From Candidatus Hydrogenedentota bacterium (GTDB lineage: Bacteria > Hydrogenedentota > Hydrogenedentia > Hydrogenedentales > SLHB01): a DNA stretch of 64,000 bases. The stretch is taken from positions 13,699 through 77,698 of the forward strand of contig BTVY01000034.1 of NCBI GenBank assembly GCA_045863335.1, in the 5' to 3' direction. Below the pieces are notes generated by a model. That model was not told the origin of the DNA. It did not search any database and was given only the letters and a program-made list of their open reading frames with translations. The first letter of the stretch is position 1, and the number at the start of each line of letters is the position of its first letter. A program made the translations under genes and the position numbers. Shown piece by piece: positions 1-9,872 of the stretch.

Positions 1-1261
1 TGGAGAAAATCTGGCGCTTCGTTACCGGGATGGTCGTGTTCCGTTCGATCAACTTCGTGCAGATGCCGCCCAGGGTTTCAATACCCAGCGACAGCGGCGT
101 CACGTCGAGCAGCAAGACGTCTTTCACGTCGCCCGCCAGCACGCCCGCCTGAATCGCCGCGCCGATGGCCACGACTTCGTCCGGGTTCACGCCGCGGTGC
201 GGTTCTTTCTTGAACACGGTCTTCACGATTTCGCCGACCGCCGGCATACGCGTCATGCCGCCCACGAGGATGACCTCGTCAATGTCTTCCGCCTTGACGC
301 CGGCGTCTTCCAGCGCGCGGTAGCAGGGGCTCTTCGTCCGCTGCAACAGGTCATCGCAAAGCTGTTCGAGCTTGGCGCGCGTCAACGTGTAGTTCAAGTG
401 TTTCGGCCCGGAAGCGTCGGCCGTCACGAAGGGCAGGTTGATGTCGGTCTGCTTCGTCGTGGAAAGTTCGCACTTGGCCTTTTCAGCGGCTTCCTTCAAG
501 CGCTGCAACGCCATGGGATCTTTTCGCAGGTCGATGCCCTGGTCCTTGAGGAACTCGTCCGCCATCCAGTCGATGATTCGCTGATCGAAGTCGTCGCCGC
601 CGAGGTGCGTGTCGCCGTTCGTGCTCATCACCTCGAAGCTGTCGTCGCCGATCGCCAGGATTGAAATATCAAAGGTACCGCCGCCGAGGTCGTATACGGC
701 CACTTTCTCGTTCTTCTTCTTCTCGAGCCCATACGCCAGCGCTGCCGCCGTCGGCTCGTTGATGATGCGCAGCACTTCCAGACCCGCGATCTTTCCGGCG
801 TCTTTCGTGGCCTGCCGCTGCGAGTCGTTGAAATATGCCGGCACGGTAATCACCGCCTGACTGACCGACTCGCCGAGGTAAGACTCCGCGGTCTCCTTCA
901 TCTTGCGCAGGATCATGGCCGATACCTCGGGCGGCCGGTAGTCCTTGCCCTGCACCGTGACCTGGCAATCTCCCGATGCCGTCTCGCCTACTTTGTACGG
1001 CACCAGCTTCTCTTCCTCGGACACCTCGGAATGACGCCGCCCCATGAACCGCTTGATGGAGAACACGGTGTTCTGCGGGTTCGTGATGGCCTGCCGTTTC
1101 GCCACGGCGCCAACCAAACGCTCTCCGTCCTTCGTAAAACCCACTACGGACGGTGTCGTCCGGTTGCCTTCTGCGTTTGCAATGACCGTCGGTTCGCCGC
1201 CTTCCATCACGGCGACGCACGAGTTCGTCGTACCCAGGTCAATGCCGATTACTTTCCCCAT
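1..1261 (-). CDS. dnaK: Chaperone DnaK (Hsp70), 5' part; runs off the left edge of the window
   Basis: Manual translation from ATG at 1261 gives [16 protein letters not shown], followed by [18 protein letters not shown] and DLGGGTFD; GGAGG RBS upstream; downstream of grpE. Confidence 0.98.
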   Translation of the reverse strand, partial: MGKVIGIDLGTTNSCVAVMEGGEPTVIANAEGNRTTPSVVGFTKDGERLVGAVAKRQAITNPQNTVFSIKRFMGRRHSEVSEEEKLVPYKVGETASGDCQVTVQGKDYRPPEVSAMILRKMKETAESYLGESVSQAVITVPAYFNDSQRQATKDAGKIAGLEVLRIINEPTAAALAYGLEKKKNEKVAVYDLGGGTFDISILAIGDDSFEVMSTNGDTHLGGDDFDQRIIDWMADEFLKDQGIDLRKDPMALQRLKEAAEKAKCELSTTKQTDINLPFVTADASGPKHLNYTLTRAKLEQLCDDLLQRTKSPCYRALEDAGVKAEDIDEVILVGGMTRMPAVGEIVKTVFKKEPHRGVNPDEVVAIGAAIQAGVLAGDVKDVLLLDVTPLSLGIETLGGICTKLIERNTTIPVTKRQIFS

Positions 1262-1315
1262 TGCGATCGTGCCTCCATTCCGAATCGATTCTTTGTAAAC
1301 CGGGTTGTGCGGCGC

Positions 1316-1987
1316 TTACGCAGACGCGTCGCCGCCGTCCTCGGCGGACGTTTCCGGCGCGGACGCAGCCGGCGCTCCCAGAGAAACCACGACCTTCGCG
1401 GGCCGCAGCACCATCTGTCCCAGCCGGTACCCTTTCTGAAATTCTTCCACCACGGATTCCGGCGGAGCCTCCGCCGATTCCCGCTGCATCACGGCTTCGT
1501 GAACGATGGGATCGAAGGGTTCACCCACCGAAGCGATGGGCTCCAATCCATGGCGGCTCAGCACATCTTGAAATTGCTTCAGCACCATGGCCACCCCTTC
1601 GCCCAAGGCGCCGGGATGATCTTCCGCGTGCTTCAATGCCAGTTCGAGATGATCCACCACCGGCAGGATATCCCGAATCAGACCCTCCGCCGCGGTCTGG
1701 CGAATTCGTTCCGCATCACGCGCCATGCGCTTGCGGTAATTGTCAAAATCGGCCCGCGCGCGCAGAAGCTGATCCGCCAGTTCCGACCGTTCCTTTTCCA
1801 GGGCCGCAAAATCCGCCTCGATCGCCGAAGCGGCGTCCGTTTCCTCCGCGACCGGCGCGGCTTCCGGCGCCGTTTCGCTATCTGACGCGGCGAACCCCGG
1901 AGCCGTTTCGTCTACAGAAGCTTCCGCCAGAGATTCCTCGTCCGGCGCTTCCGTCTCGTCTACACGTTCTGCCCGTGACTTTTCCAT
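1316..1987 (-). CDS. grpE: Nucleotide exchange factor GrpE with long acidic N-terminus (alternative start 2029)
   Basis: LRARADFDNYRKR, GEPFDPIVHEAV and FQKGYRLGQMVLRPAKVVV motifs; lies between hrcA and dnaK. Confidence 0.96.
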   Translation of the reverse strand: MEKSRAERVDETEAPDEESLAEASVDETAPGFAASDSETAPEAAPVAEETDAASAIEADFAALEKERSELADQLLRARADFDNYRKRMARDAERIRQTAAEGLIRDILPVVDHLELALKHAEDHPGALGEGVAMVLKQFQDVLSRHGLEPIASVGEPFDPIVHEAVMQRESAEAPPESVVEEFQKGYRLGQMVLRPAKVVVSLGAPAASAPETSAEDGGDASA

Positions 1988-2029
1988 GGTCTCGCAACTA
2001 CCTTCCAAACCAACCTCGGAGCCCGGCAT

Positions 2030-3091
2030 CTAACTGCCCGCTCCGGCAAGCCGGGTCAGCAATCGGCTCAGCATCCCTGCCGTATAATCCACGACCGCCG
2101 TGATGCGCGAATACGGCATGCGCCGCGGCCCCAGGACGCCGATCATGCCGACCGGCCGCGAGCCAACCGAATACGGCGACGCCACAATGCTGATGCCTTC
2201 GATGCCCTTGCCGACCGCTTCTTTACCAATCACCACATAGGTACCGGTCTGCGTTTCGCGCGCAATGCCGGTACGCAACAATTCCACAAGGCCTTCGCGC
2301 TCCTCGAGAAACCCGAAGACTTCCCGCGCCCGCTCCACGTCCCGAAACTCCGGATGCTCAAACATCCGCGCCACGCCATCCAAGAATAACTGGCCGGGCC
2401 GGTGCGCGGGCAGCAGCTGCAGGATGCCCAACGCATCTTCCGCCAGCGCCCGTTGTTCGTCCATGTAGATCCGAAGCCGCGTATGCAAGGACTGCGCGAG
2501 GTTATCCAGCGACACCCCGCGCAGATTGTCGTTCAGAAACCCGCTCAACCGCTGTACGCGATCGGCTTCCAGCGACCCTTCCATGGACACGATCTGGGTG
2601 CGCACTCGCCCCATGCTGTCCGCGATCAACACCGCGATACGCGTCTGGGATATGGGCACCAACTCGATTCGATTCACTTGCGCGGTGACATCGTCCGGGA
2701 CTTCCACGATGCCCGTCTGGTCTGCCATCAACGCGAGCAAATGGCTCGTCTGACGCATCACCTCATCTGCGTCATCGAGTTTGGCCGACAGTTCCTTCTC
2801 AATGCGGGCGCGCTCTTGGAGGGTTAACTCCTGCACGCGCATCAAATAATCCACGTAGTAGCGGTAGCCCTCGTCGGTGGGCACCCGCCCGGAACTCGTG
2901 TGCAACTGCTGGAGGTATCCGTACTCTTCCAGGTCCGACATGACATTGCGCACGGTCGCTGGACTCAAGCCCATGTCGAACCGCTTTACAATGGAGCGCG
3001 ACCCCACGGGTTCCGCCGAGGTGATGTAACTGTGTACGACTGCCCGGAGGATAAGTTTTTCGCGCTCTGAGAGTTCCGCATCGGTTCGCAT
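2030..3091 (-). CDS. hrcA: Heat-inducible transcription repressor HrcA
   Basis: EPVGSRSI, SPATVRNVMSDLEEYGYL, HTSSGRVPTDEGYRYYVD and GVLGPRRMPY motifs; CIRCE immediately upstream. Confidence 0.97.
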   Translation of the reverse strand: MRTDAELSEREKLILRAVVHSYITSAEPVGSRSIVKRFDMGLSPATVRNVMSDLEEYGYLQQLHTSSGRVPTDEGYRYYVDYLMRVQELTLQERARIEKELSAKLDDADEVMRQTSHLLALMADQTGIVEVPDDVTAQVNRIELVPISQTRIAVLIADSMGRVRTQIVSMEGSLEADRVQRLSGFLNDNLRGVSLDNLAQSLHTRLRIYMDEQRALAEDALGILQLLPAHRPGQLFLDGVARMFEHPEFRDVERAREVFGFLEEREGLVELLRTGIARETQTGTYVVIGKEAVGKGIEGISIVASPYSVGSRPVGMIGVLGPRRMPYSRITAVVDYTAGMLSRLLTRLAGAGS

Positions 3092-3105
3092 GTGTCGAGT
3101 CCCGC

Positions 3106-3132
3106 CTGGCACTCAACCATATGGAGTGCTAA
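3106..3132 (-). promoter_or_regulatory. CIRCE operator (HrcA binding site)
   Basis: Minus strand reads TTAGCACTC-CATATGGTT-GAGTGCCAG against consensus TTAGCACTC-N9-GAGTGCTAA; 14 bp upstream of the hrcA ATG. Confidence 0.95.
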
Positions 3133-3142
3133 CAGCCGCCGG

Positions 3143-3171
3143 AGTGTAACACACTCCCCAAACCCTGTCAA
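3143..3171 (-). promoter_or_regulatory. Sigma70-type promoter of hrcA-grpE-dnaK
   Basis: Minus strand TTGACA-N17-TACACT, ending 10 bp before CIRCE. Confidence 0.85.
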
Positions 3172-3272
3172 GACGGTGCCTCCCGAAAAAACATACGCGC
3201 AAAGGTATCCTAATTATCTGATAAAAAATGAGTTACCAGAAAAGCCCGGCTTGTGAATCCTACAATAAACCC

Positions 3273-3302
3273 TTGACAAATAATTCCATAAACGGCTAGT
3301 CT
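3273..3302 (+). promoter_or_regulatory. Candidate sigma70 promoter for the glycosyltransferase operon
   Basis: TTGACA-N18-TAGTCT in an AT-rich intergenic stretch, 42 bp before the GT4 start. Confidence 0.5.
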
Positions 3303-3344
3303 GAAAATGGTTAGCTTATATGCAGGGAGGTTTTCCAGCCCGAC

Positions 3345-4463
3345 ATGCGCCTGGGATTCGATATGGGACCCCTCACCTCGCGCCGAACTGGCGTGGGAAA
3401 CTTCTGCTTTTCCCTACTCAAGGCCCTCCTGGAACTGGAGAATCCCCCGCAAATCCACGGGCTCGCAGCAGGCCTTCGATCTCCACAACTCGAAGAACTC
3501 CGGGACCGGGCACAGTGTCGATACCTGCCCCTGCCCGCGCGCGCCATGTACCAGGTCTGGAACGCCCTCCGTGCCCCGTCCGTAGAGACGTTGATTGGTC
3601 CGGTGGACGTGTTCCACGCCACGAACTATTACCTGCCTCCGGTCAAGCGTGCCGCGAAAGTGCTTTCGATATACGACGTGGCTTTCTTGATAAACCCCGA
3701 GTGGTGCAGCCCGAAGATTGTTGGACCCTTTACGCGCCGCATCCGGCACTTCGCCCAGGACGCCGACCGGATCCTCGCCAGCTCGGAATCCACCAAGCGT
3801 GACGTCGTCGAATTGCTTGGCGTGCCGGACGGGAAGATCCGGGTTACCTACGGCGCCGCCGAGGAAACCCTGGCGCACCTCCCACGCGAAGAAGCCGCGG
3901 CCCACGTTGCAGACACCCTCAGAATCTCCCAGCCATATCTGCTCTTCGTGGGCACCATCGAGCCCCGCAAGAACGTGGAACGGCTCGCGCACGCGTTCAA
4001 GCGCATCGCGCCGGATCTCAAGCATCGACTTGTGGTGGCAGGTTCCGTCGGATGGAACGCTGAAGGCGCCCTCGCCGCCCTGAGCGATCCTGCCATCGCC
4101 GCCCGTGTCACGCGGCTCGGGTATGTGCCCTCCAATAGTCTCGCCGCCCTGTACTCCGCCGCGGACGCCCTCGTCATTCCCTCCCACTACGAAGGATTCG
4201 GACTTCCCGTGGTGGAGGCCATGACTTGCGGATGCCCGGTCATCACGTCGAACGTATCCTCCCTCCCGGAAGCCGGCGGCGACGCGGCGGTGTACTGCGA
4301 CCCCGGCGACACGGACTCATTGTCGCAGGCGATTGAGCGCGTGCTGGCCGATTCGGACCTGCGATCGCGTATGATAGCGTCGGGTTACAAGCAGGCAAGG
4401 CGCTTTTCCTGGCGAAACTGCGCAGAGGCGACTTTCAAGGCCTATGGGGAGGTCATTTCATGA
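3345..4463 (+). CDS. Glycosyltransferase family 4 (GT-B, MtfB/WbaZ-like)
   Basis: [10 protein letters not shown] and PSHYEGFGLPVVEAMTCGCPVITSN (EX7E) motifs. Confidence 0.92.
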   Translation: MRLGFDMGPLTSRRTGVGNFCFSLLKALLELENPPQIHGLAAGLRSPQLEELRDRAQCRYLPLPARAMYQVWNALRAPSVETLIGPVDVFHATNYYLPPVKRAAKVLSIYDVAFLINPEWCSPKIVGPFTRRIRHFAQDADRILASSESTKRDVVELLGVPDGKIRVTYGAAEETLAHLPREEAAAHVADTLRISQPYLLFVGTIEPRKNVERLAHAFKRIAPDLKHRLVVAGSVGWNAEGALAALSDPAIAARVTRLGYVPSNSLAALYSAADALVIPSHYEGFGLPVVEAMTCGCPVITSNVSSLPEAGGDAAVYCDPGDTDSLSQAIERVLADSDLRSRMIASGYKQARRFSWRNCAEATFKAYGEVIS

Positions 4464-5572
4464 ACGTGCTGTTCAATGCGTTGCAAGCGGGCAATCGCAG
4501 TGGTACGGGCGTCTACACGACCCAGCTTGCGTCGCGCATGCCTTCGATTGCGGGCAGCGACGCGATTACGGTGATTTGGCCGGCCCGATTGGCGTTCCCG
4601 CCACAACGCGCGGATGCCGTCGCCCATCTTCAGAAGAAATCGTTCAACAGCAAAGGCGGCCGAATCCGCTACGATCAGTTCGGTATACGCCGCGATATCC
4701 GCGCCCTGAATGCCGATGTTGTGCATTACCCTGCCAACGTCGGAAGCGTGCTGCCGTTGCGGAACATGGTCATCACGATTCACGATCTGACCTTCTTCCA
4801 CAACCCGTCCTGGTACCGGTACGAACGCGCCCACTACTACCGCTGGTCGGTCGCCCGCTCCGCAAAACAGGCAAGCCGCATCATCACCGTTTCCACGGCG
4901 AGCGCAAACGAGATCTGCAAGATTCTCGGCGTTCCCGCGGACCGCATCGACGTGGTCTACAACGGTGTCGACGAGCGCTACACCCCGCGCAACGAGGGGG
5001 AGCAGCTCGCCGCCCAGGGCAAGTACCGTCTCCCCAATCCCTACTTCCTGTTCGTGGGAACCATCGAACCGCGCAAGAACGTGGCGCGGATCATCCAAGC
5101 CTGGTCCAGGGTCGCCGGCGATATCAAGGAGGATCTCGTCATCGCGGGCCGCGAAGGCTGGAAGGTCGGCCCGATCCGCCTCGAAGCTGAACTGGCCGGA
5201 CAATCGAAGCGCATTCATTTTCCAGGATTCATCGCGGATGACGATCTCCCCGCCATCATGAGCGGCGCCACCGCCCTCGTGTACCCCAGCCTGTATGAGG
5301 GGTTCGGCATCCCCGTTGCCGAAGCCATGGCCTGCGGCGTTCCCGTGATCACCTCCAACGTGTCCAGCCTCCCCGAAGTCGCGGGAGATGCCGCAATCAC
5401 CGTCGATCCTACCGATGTTGACGGACTCGCGGAGAGTATTCGCAAACTTGCCGGCGACGAGGCACTCCGCGCGGACTTGTCGGAGAAGGGGCTGAAACGG
5501 GCAATGCGCTACACGTGGTCAAAAGCGGCCGAATTGACGTTGGCTTCGTACCGAAAGGTGATGGGCCCATGA
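4460..5572 (+). CDS. Glycosyltransferase family 4 (paralog of the upstream gene)
   Basis: [10 protein letters not shown] and [19 protein letters not shown] motifs; ATGA overlap with the previous gene. Confidence 0.92.
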   Translation: MNVLFNALQAGNRSGTGVYTTQLASRMPSIAGSDAITVIWPARLAFPPQRADAVAHLQKKSFNSKGGRIRYDQFGIRRDIRALNADVVHYPANVGSVLPLRNMVITIHDLTFFHNPSWYRYERAHYYRWSVARSAKQASRIITVSTASANEICKILGVPADRIDVVYNGVDERYTPRNEGEQLAAQGKYRLPNPYFLFVGTIEPRKNVARIIQAWSRVAGDIKEDLVIAGREGWKVGPIRLEAELAGQSKRIHFPGFIADDDLPAIMSGATALVYPSLYEGFGIPVAEAMACGVPVITSNVSSLPEVAGDAAITVDPTDVDGLAESIRKLAGDEALRADLSEKGLKRAMRYTWSKAAELTLASYRKVMGP

Positions 5573-5597
5573 GCGGGAGACACGGCAAGGCGAGCCG

Positions 5598-6698
5598 GTG
5601 AAGATCGTACACGTATACAAGGATTTCGACCCTCCGGTTCACGGCGGCATGGAACACCACATGGCCCTGATGTGCCGGTTCCAGCGGCAATGGGCCGAGG
5701 TAAGCGCTCTCACGTGCAGCCGTTCCCGCCAAACGCAAATCGTCGAACGCGACGGCACTCCGGTTACGGAAGTCGCTGAATGGGGCCGCTTCCAGAGCGC
5801 TCCCGTATCGCCGGGATTCCCCTGGCATATGCGCCGCATTCAGGCCGACGTAGTCGTCGTTCACGTGCCCAATCCGACCGCCGAGATCGGCTGGCTCGTC
5901 TCGCGCCCTGAGGCGCATCTCGTGGTTCGCTATCAGAGCGACGTCATACGGCAGGCGAGCGCCATGCGCTACTACGCGCCGATCCAACGCCGGTTCCTGG
6001 ATAGGGCCGAGGTCATTATCACCACGTCACAGCAGTACCTCGAAACATCGACTACCCTGGAGCCGTTCAAGGATCGCTGCCGCATCATTCCGTTGGGTAT
6101 TCTCCCGGAAGATTTCCTCCATCCGGGCGACGACACGATCGCCGAATTGCGCCAGCGTTACGGCGGCCCATACGTCCTCTTCAGCGGACGCCACCGGTAC
6201 TACAAGGGCCTTGAGAACCTGGTCCGCGCGTCGAAACGCATTCAAGCACCCGTGGTAATCGCCGGCGACGGCCCGGAACGAAAAGCTTGCGAAGCCCTCG
6301 CCAAGGAACTCGAAGCCCCCGTCCACTTCGCGGGCGCCCTGACCCGTGAGGATCTCATCGCCCACCTCCATGGATGCGAAGTCTTCGCCTTTCCGTCGGT
6401 CGCGCGCAGCGAGGCCTATGGCATTTCCATGCTCGAAGCCCACGCCTGCGGTAAACCGGTCGTCGCGACCACCCTCGGGACCGGTGTCGAGTTCGTCAAC
6501 CTCCACAATCAGACGGGACTCAACGTCCCGCCCCGCGACCCCGTGGCCCTCGCCGAGGCCATCAACATCCTCCTCGAAAACCCCGAGCAGCGCCGCGCCA
6601 TGGGCGAGTTCGCGCGCAGGCGCGTGGAAACGGAGTTGCACGCCGAACACATCGCACGGCGAGAATACGAGGTGTACCGGGAGATCGCGGGGGAATAG
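5598..6698 (+). CDS. Glycosyltransferase family 4 (WfcD-like)
   Basis: GRHRYYKGL and FPSVARSEAYGISMLEAHACGKPVV motifs. Confidence 0.9.
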   Translation: MKIVHVYKDFDPPVHGGMEHHMALMCRFQRQWAEVSALTCSRSRQTQIVERDGTPVTEVAEWGRFQSAPVSPGFPWHMRRIQADVVVVHVPNPTAEIGWLVSRPEAHLVVRYQSDVIRQASAMRYYAPIQRRFLDRAEVIITTSQQYLETSTTLEPFKDRCRIIPLGILPEDFLHPGDDTIAELRQRYGGPYVLFSGRHRYYKGLENLVRASKRIQAPVVIAGDGPERKACEALAKELEAPVHFAGALTREDLIAHLHGCEVFAFPSVARSEAYGISMLEAHACGKPVVATTLGTGVEFVNLHNQTGLNVPPRDPVALAEAINILLENPEQRRAMGEFARRRVETELHAEHIARREYEVYREIAGE

Positions 6699-6937
6699 GA
6701 CGTATCGGACCCATAGGACCAATAGGACGGGGCATGTCGAGGGCTTACCCTGAATGACTTGCGAGATCCGGTTCGCGTGGCCAAGATCATAAAATCTCAA
6801 TGATGCCACCAGCCCAACCAGTCGAGTTTATTGGCCCAGATGATTCCACCAACGCTATCGGATTGCAAAAAGTCTATCCGTCGTCCCCTCACAATGGCTT
6901 AGGTCCTATACGTCCTATCGGTCCTATAAGTCCTATT
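6694..6937. repeat. Element with inverted arms of four 9-nt units ((ATAGGACNN)4 ... (GTCCTATNN)4) around a 174-bp interior
   Basis: GGAC at 6698, 6707, 6716, 6725; GTCC at 6903, 6912, 6921, 6930; same arms recur at 27486 and 59331. Confidence 0.8.
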
Positions 6938-6947
6938 CCGCCGCACC

Positions 6948-8525
6948 TCACTCCCCAATCACCCGAACCCCTTCGCAACCATCCCCTTGCTCGACCAGCC
7001 GCTCCAGTTGCACACCGTCACCGCCGCGAATCATCGCATCGCGCGTGCGCTTCAGCAGAATCTGCGCGGCGCCTTCCGGCTCCTGTTCCGCGCGCAGGGT
7101 ATCCAGCCGCAGGTCTTCGACATCGTCCGCCACGATCGCGGGGCGCAGGTCCGGCGCTTCATACCGCAGGTCGATGTCTCGCAGATACGCGCCCTGCACA
7201 TGCCGCAAGTAGAGCCCGTACGCGGGCAGGGTACCGAACATGGTCGATTCCGGATACTGGTCCTCCACCTCCGGCACCTCCGCAGCCGCATGCTCCAAGG
7301 TGCCTCCGCCCATGAACGCAATCCGGACATTTGAAAGCGTCAGGCCTTCGATTGGATGGCCTGGAATCCCAGCAATAGGACAACCCGTGATGCTCGCCCC
7401 CGTCGCGACCACGTTGCTGATGGACACGTCCCGCATCACGCCCACCGGCCGTTTCGGATCGCCTTCCTTCCACGGCCGGGCGCGGTTGCCGAGGCGCAGA
7501 AAGATCGGCGCCGTCGTGCCTTCAATGACCGTGTTCGAAATAGAGATCCGTTCCATTGTTCCGCCGTCGACGATCTCCAGCGCAATTCCGGCCAACCCTT
7601 CGGCCCGTCCCGCAAGCACTTCCGGCGCTTGCGAACGCTGAATCACGCAGTTGCTGATCGTGATGTCCTTGAATCCGCCCGACGATTCAGTCCCCGCTTT
7701 GAGGGCGTTGCAGTGCGATCGCAATACGCAGTTCGTAATCGTCACGTGCTCCGTCGGATCGGCCCCCGTGCTTTTCAAGGTCAACGCGTCGTCGTCGCTG
7801 TCGCCAAAACAATCGCTCACGATCACGTTCCGGCAACTGTCGATGTCAATCATGTCGTTGTTCTTGCAGCCGTGGTTGTAGACGTTAAGGTTCCGCAGCG
7901 TGACGAAATCGCAGTTGAGATACTGCTGCATCCACATGGCGGAATTGCGAAGGAACAATCCTTCCACGCGCACGTTCCGGCAACTGATGAGCCGAATCAG
8001 GTAGGGCCGGTTGAAGTAGCGCGATTCCGGCGTATAGCGGCCTTCGGCTTTATACGCCTCAGCAATCTCTGCCAATTCTTCTTCCGCGGCCGCGTTGTCG
8101 CGGAAATGGACTCCCTGTCCGTCGATCGTGCCCATCCCCGTAATGGCCACGTCTTCCAACCCTTCACCCCAAATCAGGGCCCGCGCCGTGTACCGGTCGC
8201 TCCGGGACGGGTACGCGCACTTCGTGACCGGGTAGTCGGCGATATCCGTGCTGCCCAGCAGGGTCGCGGCGTGGTCCACTCGCAGGTGTACCCGGCTCTT
8301 TAGATACAGCGTCCCCGTGACAAACTGCCCCGGCGGAATCAACACCGTACCGCCTTCCGCCGCGGCGCATTCGTCAATGGCCCGCTGAATCGCTTGCGTA
8401 TTCAGCGTGGCGCCATCGCCCACGGCACCGTATTCAGTGACGTCGTAGACCCCTGCGCCGTACGCGACCGACGCGGCGAATGCAACGACGACGATACTTC
8501 TTATTCCTAAACAACACGTGTTCAC
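6948..8525 (-). CDS. Secreted glycoside hydrolase family 28 (polygalacturonase-like beta-helix)
   Basis: Signal peptide; YGAVGDGATLNTQAIQRAID; NNDMIDID, DDDALTLKS and LKAGTES motifs. Confidence 0.88.
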   Translation of the reverse strand: MNTCCLGIRSIVVVAFAASVAYGAGVYDVTEYGAVGDGATLNTQAIQRAIDECAAAEGGTVLIPPGQFVTGTLYLKSRVHLRVDHAATLLGSTDIADYPVTKCAYPSRSDRYTARALIWGEGLEDVAITGMGTIDGQGVHFRDNAAAEEELAEIAEAYKAEGRYTPESRYFNRPYLIRLISCRNVRVEGLFLRNSAMWMQQYLNCDFVTLRNLNVYNHGCKNNDMIDIDSCRNVIVSDCFGDSDDDALTLKSTGADPTEHVTITNCVLRSHCNALKAGTESSGGFKDITISNCVIQRSQAPEVLAGRAEGLAGIALEIVDGGTMERISISNTVIEGTTAPIFLRLGNRARPWKEGDPKRPVGVMRDVSISNVVATGASITGCPIAGIPGHPIEGLTLSNVRIAFMGGGTLEHAAAEVPEVEDQYPESTMFGTLPAYGLYLRHVQGAYLRDIDLRYEAPDLRPAIVADDVEDLRLDTLRAEQEPEGAAQILLKRTRDAMIRGGDGVQLERLVEQGDGCEGVRVIGE

Positions 8526-8553
8526 CCCATACCCCCTCCTTTTGCCCCACTTG

Positions 8554-8604
8554 GTGGTGCAGGCTTCCGGCCTGATCTATTCGCAGGCCGGAAGCCTGCA
8601 CCAC
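8554..8604. repeat. REP-like perfect 21-bp inverted repeat with 9-nt loop
   Basis: GTGGTGCAGGCTTCCGGCCTG-atctattcg-CAGGCCGGAAGCCTGCACCAC between divergent genes, no U-tract. Confidence 0.75.
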
Positions 8605-8738
8605 AAAGCGCGCAAGTGAGATTCTACGATACTGGACTCCCTCGCAGGTCTACCACACGATCATGGAAATGCCCGTCAAACTTGTGTATCAATGATGGCT
8701 TCCGTTTCGGGGAAGATACAAACCGGCGTGGGAGCCCC

Positions 8739-9872
8739 ATGACTGACTGGCAGGTGAACTGGTACTCCATCTTTGCGTACGCGCTGGGGATCTCCTTTCT
8801 GGCGTCCGCAATCTTCACCCATATCGTCCGGCTTCTTGCCATCCGCTGGGGAATCTACGATCATCCCGGCGAACGCAAGATGCAAGTCGAACCCGTGCCG
8901 CTTCTCGGCGGTGTCGCCATCGTCGTCACCTTCTATGGCGTCATCGCTTTCAACCTGCTGATGCTGATTCCCGTCCAGCAATTCGGCTTCACGTGGCTTG
9001 CCGATCACGTGCTCCACTTTCTTGGGAAGGGTCAGGACGTGGTCTGGAAACTCGGCGGCCTGGCCGTGGGCGGGCTCATCGTATTCGCCTTAGGCGTTGT
9101 CGACGACCTGAAAACCCTTGGCCCCGAAAAGAAACTGGTCGGCCAGGTCGCGGCGTCCCTCGTGCTGGTGCTGTCCGGCGTTCGCCTGGACCTTTTTAAC
9201 GACATCGTTCCACAGCCGCTGGCAACGATTTTCGGATCGCTGGCCGCCATGTTCTGGGTCATCATGATGATGAATGCCATGAACTTCCTGGACAACATGG
9301 ACGGCCTCAGCGCGGGCATCTCCCTCATTGCGGCCCTGTCGTTCTTTGCTTGTTTCCTCCCCAGCGGCCAAACCTTCGTGTGTGTTCTGCTGCTGGTCTT
9401 CGCCGGGTCCGTAGCGGGGTTTCTTTACCACAATTTCAATCCGGCGCGGATTTACATGGGCGATGCGGGTTCCATGTTCTGCGGCTACATACTGGCCACC
9501 GTCGCCCTGCTCGGCACGTTCTACACCGCCGATGCGACCCCTTCCCGCGTGGCCCTGGCTGCGCCATTCCTCGCGCTCAGCGTGCCCATCTTCGACACGT
9601 CCAGCGTCGTGTTCATCCGCTGGCGCCGCGGCGAGTCCATCATGAAAGGCGACAAACGCCACTTCTCGCACCGCCTCGTCGAGATTGGCATGTCGCCGCG
9701 CCAAGCGGTGGAGTTCATTTATCTCGTGGGCTTTGTATCGGGCCTGGGCGCCGTGCTTTTGCCCCACGTCTCCACAATGGGTACCATGCTCGTCGTTGCC
9801 CAAACCATCGGCCTGTACAGCCTCATTGTATTGCTCATGATCCCCGCCAACGGGAGACGCAAAGCGCCGTGA
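8739..9872 (+). CDS. Undecaprenyl-phosphate alpha-N-acetylglucosaminyl 1-phosphate transferase (WecA/TagO, MraY family)
   Basis: PLLGGVAI, GVVDD, NAMNFLDNMDGL, YMGDAGS and DKRHFSHRL motifs; polytopic membrane protein. Confidence 0.9.
   Translation: MTDWQVNWYSIFAYALGISFLASAIFTHIVRLLAIRWGIYDHPGERKMQVEPVPLLGGVAIVVTFYGVIAFNLLMLIPVQQFGFTWLADHVLHFLGKGQDVVWKLGGLAVGGLIVFALGVVDDLKTLGPEKKLVGQVAASLVLVLSGVRLDLFNDIVPQPLATIFGSLAAMFWVIMMMNAMNFLDNMDGLSAGISLIAALSFFACFLPSGQTFVCVLLLVFAGSVAGFLYHNFNPARIYMGDAGSMFCGYILATVALLGTFYTADATPSRVALAAPFLALSVPIFDTSSVVFIRWRRGESIMKGDKRHFSHRLVEIGMSPRQAVEFIYLVGFVSGLGAVLLPHVSTMGTMLVVAQTIGLYSLIVLLMIPANGRRKAP

Noticed and set aside
9350-9868. N-terminal extensions in the ORF track (1029-aa ligase, 781-aa PLD, 484-aa URO-D-like, 374-aa RpsB)
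   Set aside because: The extensions overlap upstream genes or repeats in another frame; downstream starts with an RBS or stop-start coupling fit better.
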